Below are positions 37,675-48,423 of a stretch of DNA of 64,000 nucleotides, piece by piece. Source of the DNA: Nibricoccus sp. (GTDB taxonomy: Bacteria; Verrucomicrobiota; Verrucomicrobiia; Opitutales; Opitutaceae); NCBI GenBank assembly GCA_047602425.1, contig JASGHG010000001.1:3936001-4000000 (forward strand), in the 5' to 3' direction. A program made the translations under genes and the position numbers. The notes below the pieces were generated by a model. That model ran no database searches and had not been told where the DNA came from. It was given only the letters and a program-made list of their open reading frames with translations. Each line of letters begins with the position of its first letter. Position 1 is the first letter of the stretch.

Positions 37675-38409
37675 ATGAAGACAGTACTCAAACGTTTGGC
37701 GCGGAAACTGGGCGAGGTAACATTTCCTCCCGTCTGCGTTTCATGCGACGGTTTGATCGAACCTCACCTTTACCGGCACGTATGTGCGAGCTGCGCGGAG
37801 AAATTCGATTTTGTGGAAGGACCGGCGTGCTACGTCTGCGGGCATCCCTTTTATGGCGAACTGGCGGGCGAAAGGATGTGCCCTCATTGCGAAGGGCTGG
37901 CGCCGGCATTTCGGCAAGGGCGAACTTGCGTGTTGTTCAAAGGTCCGGCTCGGGCACTGGTGCATGAGTTGAAATACCACCGTGGACTCTATGCGTTGGC
38001 CGATATCGAAACGGTTATTCGACGCACGCCACGGGTCTTGGATTTGATCCGCGACGCAGTCCTTGTGCCCGTACCATTACATTCGCGAAAGCAGCGGGAA
38101 CGCGGTTATAATCAATCGTTATTACTCGCGGAGACTTTTGCCCGCGTGGCGGGTGGAAGAACATGCGTGGAGATATTGATAAAGCGTGACATAGACACGG
38201 TTTCTCAGACCGCCTTTGACCGGCAGACCCGGCGAACCAACCTAAAAAATGCCTTTTCAGTGGCCCGGGGGCGCGTCATAAACCGGCATCAACATTACAT
38301 CCTTGTCGATGACGTCTTTACAACAGGTTCAACCCTCAACAGCTGCGCGGCCGTGCTGCGCCGGGCGGGTTGCCTAAATCTGGACGTTGTCACATTCGGT
38401 CACGGTTAA
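37675..38409 (+). CDS. ComF family (double zinc ribbon + PRTase) protein
   Basis: Four CxxC pairs, PVPLH..RERGYNQS, LVDDVFTTGSTL. Confidence 0.92.
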   Translation: MKTVLKRLARKLGEVTFPPVCVSCDGLIEPHLYRHVCASCAEKFDFVEGPACYVCGHPFYGELAGERMCPHCEGLAPAFRQGRTCVLFKGPARALVHELKYHRGLYALADIETVIRRTPRVLDLIRDAVLVPVPLHSRKQRERGYNQSLLLAETFARVAGGRTCVEILIKRDIDTVSQTAFDRQTRRTNLKNAFSVARGRVINRHQHYILVDDVFTTGSTLNSCAAVLRRAGCLNLDVVTFGHG

Positions 38410-38418
38410 AATTTCACC

Positions 38419-39288
38419 ATGTCGCTGTTCAGCAAGCCGAAGTATTCGACAGTTGTAGTTAAGAAAAAAGACATCCCGAAGGGGCTTTGGACCAAATGTC
38501 CGATCTCCGGCGAAATCGTCTTCAACAAGGAATTGGAGGACAACCTCATGGTGGTGCCGAAGTCCGGCTACCATTTCCCGATTAGCGCACGGGCGCGGAT
38601 CGCGGCGTTGTTCGACCAAAATACCTTTGAGGAAGCCGACGCCAAAGTGCGCTCGGCCGATCCGCTGAAATTCGTCGACTCCCAGCCTTATCCCGAACGT
38701 CTGAAGAAGTACGAGAAGGAGAGCGGCCTGCCCGAAGCGGTCGTATGTGGCACGGGCAGCATTCACGAGATCGATGTGTCAGTGGCCGTGATGGATTTCC
38801 GTTTTTGCGGGGGTGCGATGGGTTCGGCCTCGGGCGAAAAAATCACCCGCGCCATTGAAGTGGCACTCAAGAAAAAGATTCCCTGCATCATCTTTAGCGC
38901 CTCGGGTGGCGCCCGCATGCAGGAAGGTATTTTCTCGCTCATGCAGATGGCAAAGACCAGTGCGGCGCTGGGTCGTCTCGCGGAAGCACGCCTGCCGTTT
39001 ATCTCGGTGCTCACGCATCCGACCATGGGCGGCGTCACGGCCAGCTTCGCGACGCTGGGCGACGTAATCCTGGCCGAACCCGGCGCGCTCGTCGGTTTTG
39101 CCGGCGCCCGCGTGATCAAGGAAACCACGAAACAAACGCTACCACCAGGTTTCCAAAGCGCGGAATTTCTCCTTCAACACGGCTTGATCGATCAGATCGT
39201 GAGCCGTCTCGAAATGCGCGACCGCTTGCGCGACCTGCTGCAAGCCCTGTACGTCGGGAAGCAGTCCGCGGCCAATGCCAAAAGCTGA
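38419..39288 (+). CDS. accD: Acetyl-CoA carboxylase carboxyltransferase beta subunit
   Basis: [37 protein letters not shown]. Confidence 0.96.
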   Translation: MSLFSKPKYSTVVVKKKDIPKGLWTKCPISGEIVFNKELEDNLMVVPKSGYHFPISARARIAALFDQNTFEEADAKVRSADPLKFVDSQPYPERLKKYEKESGLPEAVVCGTGSIHEIDVSVAVMDFRFCGGAMGSASGEKITRAIEVALKKKIPCIIFSASGGARMQEGIFSLMQMAKTSAALGRLAEARLPFISVLTHPTMGGVTASFATLGDVILAEPGALVGFAGARVIKETTKQTLPPGFQSAEFLLQHGLIDQIVSRLEMRDRLRDLLQALYVGKQSAANAKS

Positions 39289-40579
39289 GTTTGCCGGTTA
39301 CCCGGAGGTTCAGGACTATCTCTTCAGCCTGAAGGCGAAGGGTGTGAAGTACGGCATCGACCGAATGGAACTGTGGCTTGGCGCGCTCGGGCATCCCGAA
39401 CGGGCCACACCGACGATCCATATCACAGGGACAAACGGCAAGGGCTCGACCGCGGCAATGCTGGAGGCGATTTTGCGCGCGGCGGGTTGGCGCACCGGCC
39501 TCTATACCTCGCCGCATCTCGTGCGACTGGGTGAACGTGTGCAGGTGAACCGGGAGATTTTGTCCGAACGGGAAATTATCGATTTTGCCAATGAATTGAA
39601 GCCAATCGCCGAAAACGTGTCTCGCGAAAGCCCAGACGATCACCCGAGCTTCTTCGAGTTCATGACCGCGATGGCCTTTCTGCAATTCGCACGAAAGAAA
39701 TGTGACATGGCATTGATCGAAGTCGGTTTGGGCGGACGGCTCGATGCGACCAATGTGGTGCAGCCTGAGGTGTCGGTCATCACCTCGGTGAGTTTGGATC
39801 ATTGCGAAATGTTAGGCGACACGATTGAAAAAATCGCCACAGAAAAAGCGGGTATCGTCAAACAGGGGCGACCGGTTGTCATCGGGCTTCTGCCTCCGGC
39901 CGCCGAACAAATTGTGCGCGAAATCGCGGCGAGCCGACAGGCGAAGGTTTATTCCGTGCGCGAGGAATTTGGGCGTGATTTGAGCGCTTTCCCTGCGACC
40001 AACCTTGAAGGCGAATATCAACGTTGGAATGCTGCGACAGCGACGTTGGTGGCCAAGATTCTGCCCACGCGTTGGAAATTAAACGAGGCGGTCGTGGCTC
40101 AAGGACTGCAAAAAGTTTCCTGGGCCGGCCGCTGGCAACGTCTGAATTGCGACGGTCGCCTGTTAGTGCTCGATGCGTCACACAATCCGGAAGGTGCCCA
40201 AGTTTTGGATACAAATCTCCGGCGGCTAGTTTCTGAAACTGGAAGGCCTCCAGTGGTTGTTACGGGTGTCCTCGGCGCGGCGCGGGCGCGGCCGTTGCTT
40301 GAGACCGTTTGTCGTCATGCGCGCGAGATTCACCTCGTCATGCCACAACAGGCGCGAGCCTGCACATTTGAACAACTCGAAGCTTTAGTCCCCGCGGATT
40401 TCAAAGGTTCGCTGCGTCGCGCGACGGTGATGGACATTTTTCCGGGACCGGGAAAATGCACCGTGGGGAAAGCGGGCGACACCGTTTTGGTGACGGGCTC
40501 GATTTATCTCTTGGGCGAAGTGCTGGCGCAGCTCCAACCCGAACGCGGAAGCGGCGAAGGCCGGCTGCAAGATTTCTAG
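39275..40579 (+). CDS. folC: Folylpolyglutamate synthase/dihydrofolate synthase
   Basis: [37 protein letters not shown]. Confidence 0.95.
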   Translation: MPKAEFAGYPEVQDYLFSLKAKGVKYGIDRMELWLGALGHPERATPTIHITGTNGKGSTAAMLEAILRAAGWRTGLYTSPHLVRLGERVQVNREILSEREIIDFANELKPIAENVSRESPDDHPSFFEFMTAMAFLQFARKKCDMALIEVGLGGRLDATNVVQPEVSVITSVSLDHCEMLGDTIEKIATEKAGIVKQGRPVVIGLLPPAAEQIVREIAASRQAKVYSVREEFGRDLSAFPATNLEGEYQRWNAATATLVAKILPTRWKLNEAVVAQGLQKVSWAGRWQRLNCDGRLLVLDASHNPEGAQVLDTNLRRLVSETGRPPVVVTGVLGAARARPLLETVCRHAREIHLVMPQQARACTFEQLEALVPADFKGSLRRATVMDIFPGPGKCTVGKAGDTVLVTGSIYLLGEVLAQLQPERGSGEGRLQDF

Positions 40580-40644
40580 ATTTCGCAGAGCCGGAACGAA
40601 ATCTACCATAAAGTTAGTTTCCTCCTGTCGCACTGATATGTAAA

Positions 40645-40738
40645 AAAGTGTCACGTATTAAGTGACACTTTACCTGTTTTCCAACCGTGTAAGAATGGTT
40701 AGTGTCGCCAAAATAAGTGTCACGTAATACGTGACACT
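40645..40738. repeat. Two palindromes: AAAGTGTCACGTATTAAGTGACACTTT and AGTGTCACGTAATACGTGACACT
   Basis: 40645-40671 and 40716-40738, located between convergent genes. Confidence 0.85.
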
Positions 40739-40778
40739 CTGCCGGGCCGAGCATGGCCCGGCCGTGCGGAGGGGGAAT

Positions 40779-42371
40779 TTAAAACGGAAAATCGCCGGAC
40801 TGGGTTGGGGCAGACGCTTTCTTTTCGATAAGTTTTTGGGCGGTGGCGTGGACCTCGCGGCCGGTGACGAGGATGGCTTTCACGGGCTTAACCGGACAGG
40901 CGTATTCGCAGGCGCCGCAGCCTATGCATAGATTTTGATCCAAGGTCGGGATTCGGAGATTTTCCCGATACGGCTTGGTTGTGACGGCTTTGGTCGGACA
41001 ATGTTCCGAGCAGGCGGCGCAATCGGTGCCATTGACCTGGACGACGCAGCGAGAGAGGTAGAGGTCGGCGACGCCGATTTGAGTCACGGATTTTTTTGCG
41101 AGATCGAGCGGGGCGATTGCACCGTCGGGACAAACTTCGCCGCAGCGCGTACACTCAAAAAGACAGTACGAGGTGGAGTACTTGAGCTGGGGTTTGAACA
41201 AACCTTCGAGACCAAATTCGAGCAGCGACGGTTGAAGCACGTGAGTTGGGCAGGCGCTGATGCAGAGATGGCATGCGGTGCAACGGTCGAGGAATTGCTC
41301 GACGCTATGTGCTCCGGGCGGACAGATGGCGCGGCTTGCGGCGCCTTGCTTGACGAGCGTGGGCGTATCGTTAGTGGTGGCGGTCGTTTCGGCGCGGGCG
41401 AGCGTCAACAACGCTGAGGAGGCCGTCAGGCCACCGGCGACGGTGGCGAGGAAATTGCGACGTTGCGGATCGGACTCCGCGAGCGAATCGCGCGAAGCCT
41501 CAGCTGTTTTTCTCCAGCTGAAACGATAGTTGATGCCCTGTTCGTCGCAGGCGCCAATACAGTTATAACAGGCGATGCAGCGCGACGCGTCGACGGTTCC
41601 GGCGCGGAGATCGATGCACTGGGCTTTGCAACTGCGCAGGCAATCGCCGCATTTGGTGCAGGCGGCTTTGTCGATGCCGATGCGAAAGGCCGCGAAGCGC
41701 GAGAGAACTCCGAGCGCCGTGCCAACGGGGCAAACGGTATTGCAGTACAGTCGGCCGCGCAGGGCGGATATAACAACGACGACCGTAAAAAAAAGCGCGG
41801 GTAAAAGCAGCAGGCCGGCTCCAGCCCAGGAAGGCTCGACGCGGTAGAAATTTTGAAGGCCCGCGGCGTTGGCGAGGCCGACGACGGAATTGTTGGCGAC
41901 GGTCAGAAGCGGCCGTGCGAGCGTGGAAACGATGCGACCGAAGTTGCTGTAAGGGTCGAGGAGCGCGAGGGCGAAGCCGCCCCAGCCGCCGAGAGCGGCC
42001 GAAACCGTTCCCCAGAGGAAAACCTGCCGGAGCTTCGTGAACGGTTTGGCAAAGGGCAGGAATTTTTTCTTCCTACGGACCCAGCGGCTCACACGTGCGA
42101 TGATATCTTGCAGGATGCCCAGCGGGCAGATTGCGGAACAATAAACGCGGCCGATTGCGAGCGCGAGGAGCAGACTCAGGCCGAAAACGATTGCGCCGGT
42201 CGCGCTTCCGACGAGCAGACTGACAAGGCCGGGAGCGAACTGGGCTTGGGCGAGCGTGTGACCAAGCCAGGGTGGGGAGAACCCACGAAAATCGACAAAG
42301 CCCAGGGTGAGCCCCGTGAAAGTAAGAAGGGCGAGGGCGACGCGCGCGGTTTTTAGAAAGTTGCGCGGCAC
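40779..42371 (-). CDS. Membrane 4Fe-4S polyferredoxin (NapH/MauN + NapF-like)
   Basis: GRVYCSAICPLG, GRLYCNTVCPVG, multiple CxxCxxCxxxCP motifs, TM helices; GTG start inferred. Confidence 0.9.
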   Translation of the reverse strand: MPRNFLKTARVALALLTFTGLTLGFVDFRGFSPPWLGHTLAQAQFAPGLVSLLVGSATGAIVFGLSLLLALAIGRVYCSAICPLGILQDIIARVSRWVRRKKKFLPFAKPFTKLRQVFLWGTVSAALGGWGGFALALLDPYSNFGRIVSTLARPLLTVANNSVVGLANAAGLQNFYRVEPSWAGAGLLLLPALFFTVVVVISALRGRLYCNTVCPVGTALGVLSRFAAFRIGIDKAACTKCGDCLRSCKAQCIDLRAGTVDASRCIACYNCIGACDEQGINYRFSWRKTAEASRDSLAESDPQRRNFLATVAGGLTASSALLTLARAETTATTNDTPTLVKQGAASRAICPPGAHSVEQFLDRCTACHLCISACPTHVLQPSLLEFGLEGLFKPQLKYSTSYCLFECTRCGEVCPDGAIAPLDLAKKSVTQIGVADLYLSRCVVQVNGTDCAACSEHCPTKAVTTKPYRENLRIPTLDQNLCIGCGACEYACPVKPVKAILVTGREVHATAQKLIEKKASAPTQSGDFPF

Positions 42372-42375
42372 GGAA

Positions 42376-43356
42376 TCACGCGAGTTTGTGACGGCGGACG
42401 TCGATGTTTTCGAGGTCCATGCGGCCAAGCTTCATTTCGTGCCCGATTTTTACATGGGTGATTTTTTCAGGCGCATGCCCAAGCAGGCGGGCGGCGGCGG
42501 CATCGACGGTGACGATGTCGGTCGAAGCGAGAAGGGCGCGCATTTCGACGCAGTCTTCGACGCTTTTGCCGCGCGGACCGTTGCGCACCATAGGGTGGTA
42601 GGCATCGATGACGTTGAGCGCAGGTTTTTTGAGTGTGAGAAGATCCGCGATGCACTGATGGAGGTCTGTGCGGTGCCAAATACCACGATCCCAAACGATG
42701 CCCATGAGGTTTTTCATGCACGCCGTCATTTCGGTGGAATGGTGGTGTTTCAGGACAGGGGCATTGATGAAAACATCGCTATCGAGGATGAGCGAGTGAA
42801 CCTTGGCCTTTTTGAGTTTCACGCCATTGGGAATTTCGACTTCACGGTAAAGCGTTTCATCCTTGCCATTCACGACGATGGCACCGGCGTCCTTCGCGGC
42901 TTTTTCGATTCCGCTGTTCACATAGGTTTCGCGCCACTGGTCGCAGGTGTTGTCGAAGATGCTGACGGATTTCGCGCCGGCGGCCAGGCAGAGCGAAACG
43001 AGATGGCCAACGATCGCCGGGTGGGTGTTGGCACCGCGTTCGGGCACGGCATTCCAGCCGATGTTGGGTTTGATAACTACGGTCTGGCCGGGTTTGACGA
43101 AGGTTTTGATGCCCCCGAGTTCCTCCAAGGCCTTGTCGAGCATGGTCACGCGGTCGCCGTCGCGAATGGCAGCGAGTATGGATTTTGGAGCGTCGGCAGC
43201 ATCGCCAACGGGTTTGGCAGGTGAGGTCGGGATATCGGTTGCCGGTGCGGTTGGTTCTTTGGAAACGGTTGCGAAAAGCGAATTCAGGTTGGCGGCGAGG
43301 GAAAGCGTAGTGCCGAGGGCGAGGCTGGTTTTGACGAAATCACGGCGGGTTTTCAT
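42376..43356 (-). CDS. DUF362 family protein with Tat signal
   Basis: TRRDFVK twin-Arg motif; VVIKPNI, NTHP, INAPVLKHH, MKNLMG, DIVTVD. Confidence 0.88.
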   Translation of the reverse strand: MKTRRDFVKTSLALGTTLSLAANLNSLFATVSKEPTAPATDIPTSPAKPVGDAADAPKSILAAIRDGDRVTMLDKALEELGGIKTFVKPGQTVVIKPNIGWNAVPERGANTHPAIVGHLVSLCLAAGAKSVSIFDNTCDQWRETYVNSGIEKAAKDAGAIVVNGKDETLYREVEIPNGVKLKKAKVHSLILDSDVFINAPVLKHHHSTEMTACMKNLMGIVWDRGIWHRTDLHQCIADLLTLKKPALNVIDAYHPMVRNGPRGKSVEDCVEMRALLASTDIVTVDAAAARLLGHAPEKITHVKIGHEMKLGRMDLENIDVRRHKLA

Positions 43357-43559
43357 AGGGGAACGCAGTTGGTTATTCTCGTGGAGAGAGGGCGATGGGC
43401 GACGGAGAGGCTCCGGGCGGACTGCTGAATGCAGTGCACGTGGAGTTAACTCCTGAGACGCTCAAAACACCCCGCATGTTTTGCCAAAAGCAGAGCGGAA
43501 ATTGGCCGGAAATTTCACGTCGAAAGCGTCGCTGCGCCGGACGTGTTCGCGAATGCTTT

Positions 43560-43805
43560 CTATCGTTCGCGCAACCGCTTTATCTCTTCGAATTGTTTCG
43601 GTGAAATCAGGCGGCGGGGAACGCGGCGTTCGGCCTCGTAGAGCAGCTTGTCCCAATCTTCATCGGTGGGCGGGCCATAGTCTTCCCACGAAGTGTGGTG
43701 GCCTTGCTTTTTGAGCCAGGTGATGTTGCCGCCGTGGACGGAGACGTTGATCTGAAACTTGCCGGTTTCCGGGCGGGTGACCCACCAACCGAATTCGATG
43801 CTCAT
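43560..43805 (-). CDS. Small hypothetical protein
   Basis: 81-aa Trp-rich globular-looking ORF from ATG 43805. Confidence 0.7.
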   Translation of the reverse strand: MSIEFGWWVTRPETGKFQINVSVHGGNITWLKKQGHHTSWEDYGPPTDEDWDKLLYEAERRVPRRLISPKQFEEIKRLRER

Positions 43806-43919
43806 GGTGTTTGTTGGGCATAAGGGAAGGTGTGCGGCGGCGCGTCGCAATCTTTTCCCATCGGTTTGAGGAGTTTCGCTTCTTGCCAGCGCGGGCGGAG
43901 GTCATGAGTGTGTCGCCTC

Positions 43920-44420
43920 ATGGCTATCTTCGGCTCCCTCGCAACTGTGCGTGCGCAACTCGCCCACGCCGATCGTTTTCAAGCTACGTTCGCCTATTTG
44001 GACGAATGTTTTCGTCCGGGCACGACGGCTTACCAACGCGTGCGCTCAATCGAGGTGGGCAAACAGGAACGCACCGAACTTGGTGGCGGAGCTTTTGCGC
44101 TCGAACAGGCTTATCAATCGAAGCCGCGCGCCGAGGCGTTTTTCGAATCGCATAAGCAATACATCGACGTGCAGGTGATTGTAGCCGGAGAGGAGTACAT
44201 CGAAGTGGCCGATGTCGCGCAGTTGAAAGTGAAGGAAGACAAAACACCCGCGAAGGACGTGATCATTTACGAAATGGCCGCCATCGGCGCCGCCAGTGCA
44301 GTGCGTTTGGGCGCCGGTGAATCGGCCGTGCTTTTTCCGGTCGACGGACACATGCCCACGGTGGCGATCAAAGCGCCAACACTTATCCGCAAGATCGTGG
44401 TCAAGGTGCCCATCGCCTGA
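43920..44420 (+). CDS. YhcH/YjgK/YiaL (NanQ-like) family protein
   Basis: FESHKQYIDVQ, GEE, LFPVDGHMP, RKIVVKV. Confidence 0.9.
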   Translation: MAIFGSLATVRAQLAHADRFQATFAYLDECFRPGTTAYQRVRSIEVGKQERTELGGGAFALEQAYQSKPRAEAFFESHKQYIDVQVIVAGEEYIEVADVAQLKVKEDKTPAKDVIIYEMAAIGAASAVRLGAGESAVLFPVDGHMPTVAIKAPTLIRKIVVKVPIA

Positions 44421-44432
44421 GAAACGGAAACG

Positions 44433-44530
44433 TTAACCACGGATTTCATTGATTGGCACGGACTCGATCCACTGCGATGTCGGCTGCTTTTTGCACAAGA
44501 TTTCCGTTATCCGTGTGCATCCGTGGTGAA
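44433..44530. repeat. Inverted short-repeat element (ACCACGGAT...ATCCGTGGT)
   Basis: TTAACCACGGATTTCATTGATTGGCACGGA ... TCCGTTATCCGTGTGCATCCGTGGTGAA. Confidence 0.65.
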
Positions 44531-44583
44531 AAAAGTTTGTGGGATCTGAGCGGACATTTGTGGTTTAGTATCACGCTGTCGCC

Positions 44584-45450
44584 ATGAACTATCGCCATCA
44601 TTTCCATGCGGGGAATTTTGCTGACGTGATGAAGCACGCGATCCTCATGCAGTTGGTGCGTGGGATGCAGCGTAAGGAAAAAGGTTTTCTGTTTGTCGAT
44701 ACGCATGCGGGACGCGGCAGTTATGATTTGAGCGAGGCGGCACGTGGCGATTTCTTGGAACGCCGGCCCGAGCATCCCGACGGCATCGGCCGGCTGTGGG
44801 CCCGAGGAGATCTGCCCGCGCCGTTGGCGGAATATTTGTCGTTGGTTCGTGAATACAACCGCGCAAAAGGCGGTTTGGGCGACGAACCGCATTTTTATCC
44901 GGGTTCGCCGCGCCTCGTGCAAACGCTCGCGCGTCCCCAGGACCGGCTGGCGCTGTGCGAAAAGCATCCCGAGGAATTTGCCGCGCTGCGCGACGAGTTC
45001 ACCTTCGGTTTTCGCGTCGCGGCACAGCAGCTTGATGGTTACACCGGTTTGCGCGCCTTGTTGCCACCGCCAGAAAAACGCGCGCTGGTGCTGATCGATC
45101 CGCCGTTTGAGGAACAAAGCGAATTTGCGCAAATCGTCGACGGCTTGCGCGAAGGCTTGCGCCGACTGCCAGGCGGAACATTTGCCGTCTGGTATCCGCT
45201 GACGGAGCGTGCGCGGGTCGATGCGTTTTTTGACGAACTGCTGGCAACGAAGCTGCCACCGACTTTTACCGCCGAACTGACGATCGCGGGCGAAAACGCA
45301 TTGGTGAAAATGAAAGGCTGCGGGCTTTTAGTCGTGAATCCGCCCTGGCAAATCGACCGCGTAGTTGCGCCTTTGTTGCCGCTCCTAGCGGAATTGCTCG
45401 CGCAGGCGCCAGGTGGACGGGGCCGGTTGCAGTGGCTCGTGCCGGAGTGA
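44584..45450 (+). CDS. rlmJ: 23S rRNA (adenine2030-N6)-methyltransferase
   Basis: NYRHHFHAGNFADVMKH, DTHAGRG, YPGSP, LIDPPFE, WYP, NPPW. Confidence 0.95.
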   Translation: MNYRHHFHAGNFADVMKHAILMQLVRGMQRKEKGFLFVDTHAGRGSYDLSEAARGDFLERRPEHPDGIGRLWARGDLPAPLAEYLSLVREYNRAKGGLGDEPHFYPGSPRLVQTLARPQDRLALCEKHPEEFAALRDEFTFGFRVAAQQLDGYTGLRALLPPPEKRALVLIDPPFEEQSEFAQIVDGLREGLRRLPGGTFAVWYPLTERARVDAFFDELLATKLPPTFTAELTIAGENALVKMKGCGLLVVNPPWQIDRVVAPLLPLLAELLAQAPGGRGRLQWLVPE

Positions 45451-45504
45451 ACCCTTGTTAAAGATTGCGAGGCGCGCCGGTTCGGCCAAGTTCGTAGATT
45501 CCCT

Positions 45505-46191
45505 ATGAAACTTAAAACTTACCTATCATTGCTAGTTTTGCCGATTTGTGCCTTGAGCATGGTTGCGGCCGACGCCCAGCCGACCGCTGAAGAGGCATCG
45601 AAGGGGCTGAAGGCGGCCATGGGCTCGCTCGTGGATCAGTCCTTGGCGACGGTTTCGGATCCGAAGGCTCTGGAAGGTTTCGCGATCAACCTGCCCGACA
45701 AGTTGAAGAAACTCGAATCGACTTTGCGAACCAGCGGTCAGGGACAATTGGTCGACGATTTTAAAGCGAAATTGAAGAACGCGGCCGTCCAGGTGCTGCC
45801 TCTTTCAAAAGACGCTTTCAAAAGCGAGACGAACGCGGTGACGGCGGACGATCCAATGGCGGTGCTGAAGGCCGCGCCGGACGGCGTGACGAATTTCACG
45901 AAACAGAAAACGCGTCCGCCGATCCTCACGAAGGTGCAACCTTTGATTAACGCGAAGTTCAAGGAGAACGGCGTCGGCGCTGCCTATCAAGCAATGGTCG
46001 CCAAGGCGGGCCCGATGGCTGCCGCGATGTTTGGCAAGGAACCGCCGGCCAACCTGGAGCAGAACGTAACCGAACAGACGGTGGATTTTGTCTACGGCCA
46101 GATGGCCAAGGGCGAAGGCGCCCTGCGTGCCAATCCGGCGATGTCGAAAGACGGGCTCGTGAAGAAGGTCTTCTCGATGGTTAAGAAATAA
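45505..46191 (+). CDS. DUF4197-like exported protein
   Basis: Signal peptide; INLPDKLKK, ADDPMAVL..PDGVT.F, GE..LRANP...LVKKVF pattern. Confidence 0.7.
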   Translation: MKLKTYLSLLVLPICALSMVAADAQPTAEEASKGLKAAMGSLVDQSLATVSDPKALEGFAINLPDKLKKLESTLRTSGQGQLVDDFKAKLKNAAVQVLPLSKDAFKSETNAVTADDPMAVLKAAPDGVTNFTKQKTRPPILTKVQPLINAKFKENGVGAAYQAMVAKAGPMAAAMFGKEPPANLEQNVTEQTVDFVYGQMAKGEGALRANPAMSKDGLVKKVFSMVKK

Positions 46192-46226
46192 AAAACGCCC
46201 GACGAAGTCGGACGTGTAAGCCTCTT

Positions 46227-46258
46227 ACCCGCTCACGCTTTGCGAGGGCGGGTTTTTT
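46227..46258 (+). terminator. Intrinsic terminator (possibly bidirectional region)
   Basis: ACCCGCTCACGC-TTT-GCGAGGGCGGGT followed by a T tract. Confidence 0.7.
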
Positions 46259-46457
46259 ATTTGGGCTGCTCGTGCTTCGCGAGGTAACGCGTGGTGAAGG
46301 GCAGTTCGCTCCAGATCTGCGCAGGAGTAGGCAGGGAAGGTGGGCGAAAAACCGGTCGGTTCCACTGCACGTCGTGATTGGCCACATGATTGATATGGGC
46401 CGGGGTACGATCGACGGGCGGGGGAGTAAAAACGGCGGGTGGAACGAAGAGGGACAT
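46257..46457 (-). CDS. Small Pro-rich hypothetical protein
   Basis: 66-aa ORF with AT-rich upstream region, ending at the terminator. Confidence 0.4.
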   Translation of the reverse strand: MSLFVPPAVFTPPPVDRTPAHINHVANHDVQWNRPVFRPPSLPTPAQIWSELPFTTRYLAKHEQPK

Positions 46458-46713
46458 GGGGTTCTTACAGGATAGATAACGACACAGCGTACTTATTACT
46501 TAGGAAAAAAAGGCCGCGTGTTACAAAGTTGGATACATTTTTATTTGTCAGGTAAAGGGCTCAATTGTTCGGAAAACCTTGAATAAAAATATTTCATCCC
46601 GGTCATTAACCGTTGCAGGCGGCTCGTTAAATAAAGACGGGACTGCAACGGCCAGACCGGGACGGTAAAGCGGCGGTGCGCGCGTGAACAGGTCAAGCGC
46701 ACACCGGCAAAGC

Positions 46714-47103
46714 TCACGCGACCCGGCGAGCGGGTTCGGCAAGGGACGCCTTTTTGGGCAGCGTCAGTACCAGGCGTCCGTCGACAAGCTCGGCATTGAG
46801 GGCATCGTAATCGAGGCCGTTGCCGAGCCGCAGGCGGAGCTGGTAGTCGCGCTGGGCTTTTTCGAGGTGGAGGGCGGTCCAATTGACGCGCACGAAGTGG
46901 GACTTGCGTGCAATGACCGTCAGGTCCGGGCCGCGCCGGGTGATTTCCACTCCGGCGGCTTCCACGCCCGGCACGAAGACAATCACTTTGAGCGCGTCAA
47001 CATCCTCGATGCACTCGTAGTGCGGCGTGCGCGTCGGCATGGAGGCCGGGGCGGCAGCGGTACGACGGGCGTTGGATTTAAGCGTATTGATGATCGTGTT
47101 CAT
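46714..47103 (-). CDS. Hsp20/alpha-crystallin family protein
   Basis: VPGVE..VEI, LTVIA, AELVDGRLVLTLPK. Confidence 0.85.
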   Translation of the reverse strand: MNTIINTLKSNARRTAAAPASMPTRTPHYECIEDVDALKVIVFVPGVEAAGVEITRRGPDLTVIARKSHFVRVNWTALHLEKAQRDYQLRLRLGNGLDYDALNAELVDGRLVLTLPKKASLAEPARRVA

Positions 47104-47416
47104 GGGAAAATGGGAAATGCGAAACTCCTCTCGGTGGAGGGGCCGGGCTCTCTTTCTTTTGGCTAAACTTGGTTCCGATTATTCGGAGCGTTTAGGCCTG
47201 AGAGCCCGTGCCGTAATGTTGTTTTTTAGTCCAAACGGATACGACCGGACGCATCGGGACACAGCAATAGGCGACGGCCTTCGTAATCGAAGTGCCGGCG
47301 TGGCTGCGTTGATGTTTAAGATTCCGGTTCATTGGACTGAAGTCGAATGAGCACATAGCAGGCGTCAGGCCAAGTTTATTTTTGGACAAAAATAAACTTT
47401 TACGCAGACTGTGCTC

Positions 47417-47791
47417 ATGCCCTCCCTCACCGACGCCAACACCACCTTTGCCGAATTGAAGAGCCGCGTGCTCGCTTTTGCCCGTGAGCGCGATTGGGAG
47501 CAATTCCATGCGCCCAAGAATCTTAGCATGGCCCTGGCCGCGGAAGCGGGCGAACTGATGGAGCACTTTTTATGGGCCACATCCGATGCTTCGCGGGCGA
47601 CGGCACGCGATCCGGCGAAGCGTCAAAAAATCGAAGAGGAACTCGCGGACGTGGTAATTTATGCACTCGAGTTTGCCAATATGACAGACATCGATGTCGC
47701 AGCCGTGATTGAAAAGAAGATGGCGGCCAACGCGAAAAAGTATCCGGTGGAAAAGGCCAAGGGACGCTCGGACAAGTATACGGAGCTGTGA
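47417..47791 (+). CDS. MazG-like nucleotide pyrophosphohydrolase (dCTPase type)
   Basis: RDWEQFHAPKNL, EAGELMEHF, EELADV, KYPVEKAKG. Confidence 0.92.
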   Translation: MPSLTDANTTFAELKSRVLAFARERDWEQFHAPKNLSMALAAEAGELMEHFLWATSDASRATARDPAKRQKIEEELADVVIYALEFANMTDIDVAAVIEKKMAANAKKYPVEKAKGRSDKYTEL

Positions 47792-47950
47792 AAGCGTGAA
47801 GAACGTCGCTGAATTTTGCCGCGGCTAAGCGAGGCGCGTTTCGATCTGTTTTAACAGAAGAGAACGAAGGTAACGAAGCGCCGCGGATTTTTTAGAGCAC
47901 ATACAATAAAATTGTAGCCGCAAATCGGTGCTATGAATCGAGCTGTCTTC

Positions 47951-47975
47951 GTAGGGGCGCAGTCTTGCTGCGCCC
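47951..47975 (+). repeat. GTAG-type REP-like palindrome
   Basis: GTAGGGGCGCAGTCTTGCTGCGCCC. Confidence 0.6.
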
Positions 47976-48173
47976 TTTCTGTGGCAAAGCCAAACCGGGC
48001 TACAGCCGGAGTTGTGCGGCTATGACATTTTTAAAAATGCTCTAGAATCCAATTTCCATTTCGGATCTTTGGTGATGGAAGCCCGGCGTCGGGGAATCGG
48101 TTGCGCTTCGTTTCCTTTGTTGCCCTCTATAAAATAGTTCGGCTCCAGTGGGGCCTGCTGTGGGCAACTTGGA

Positions 48174-48410
48174 TCAATTATTGCATTCGCAATTGTTGCA
48201 GTCGCCGCCGCCGCGGCAACACGAAGCGCGGGGAGGCGGGGCGGATTTTTGGGCGATAAAACCATAACCACCTGCTATCACTCGGCGCACGGGCTCCCCG
48301 GTCTCCGGATGTTTCGTGAGGGGCTTGTCCTTCATGCTCTGCTTGATTTCGAAGCGTTTTGTTTTGGCGCCGGATTTTTTCGGAACGGTTTCGTAGATGT
48401 AGGTGGGCAT
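48174..48410 (-). CDS. FmdB-like regulatory protein with Cys-rich tail
   Basis: MPTYIYE...FEIKQSMKD.PLT.HPETG..VRRVI. Confidence 0.8.
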   Translation of the reverse strand: MPTYIYETVPKKSGAKTKRFEIKQSMKDKPLTKHPETGEPVRRVIAGGYGFIAQKSAPPPRASCCRGGGDCNNCECNN

Positions 48411-48423
48411 TTGGCTCTTAAAA

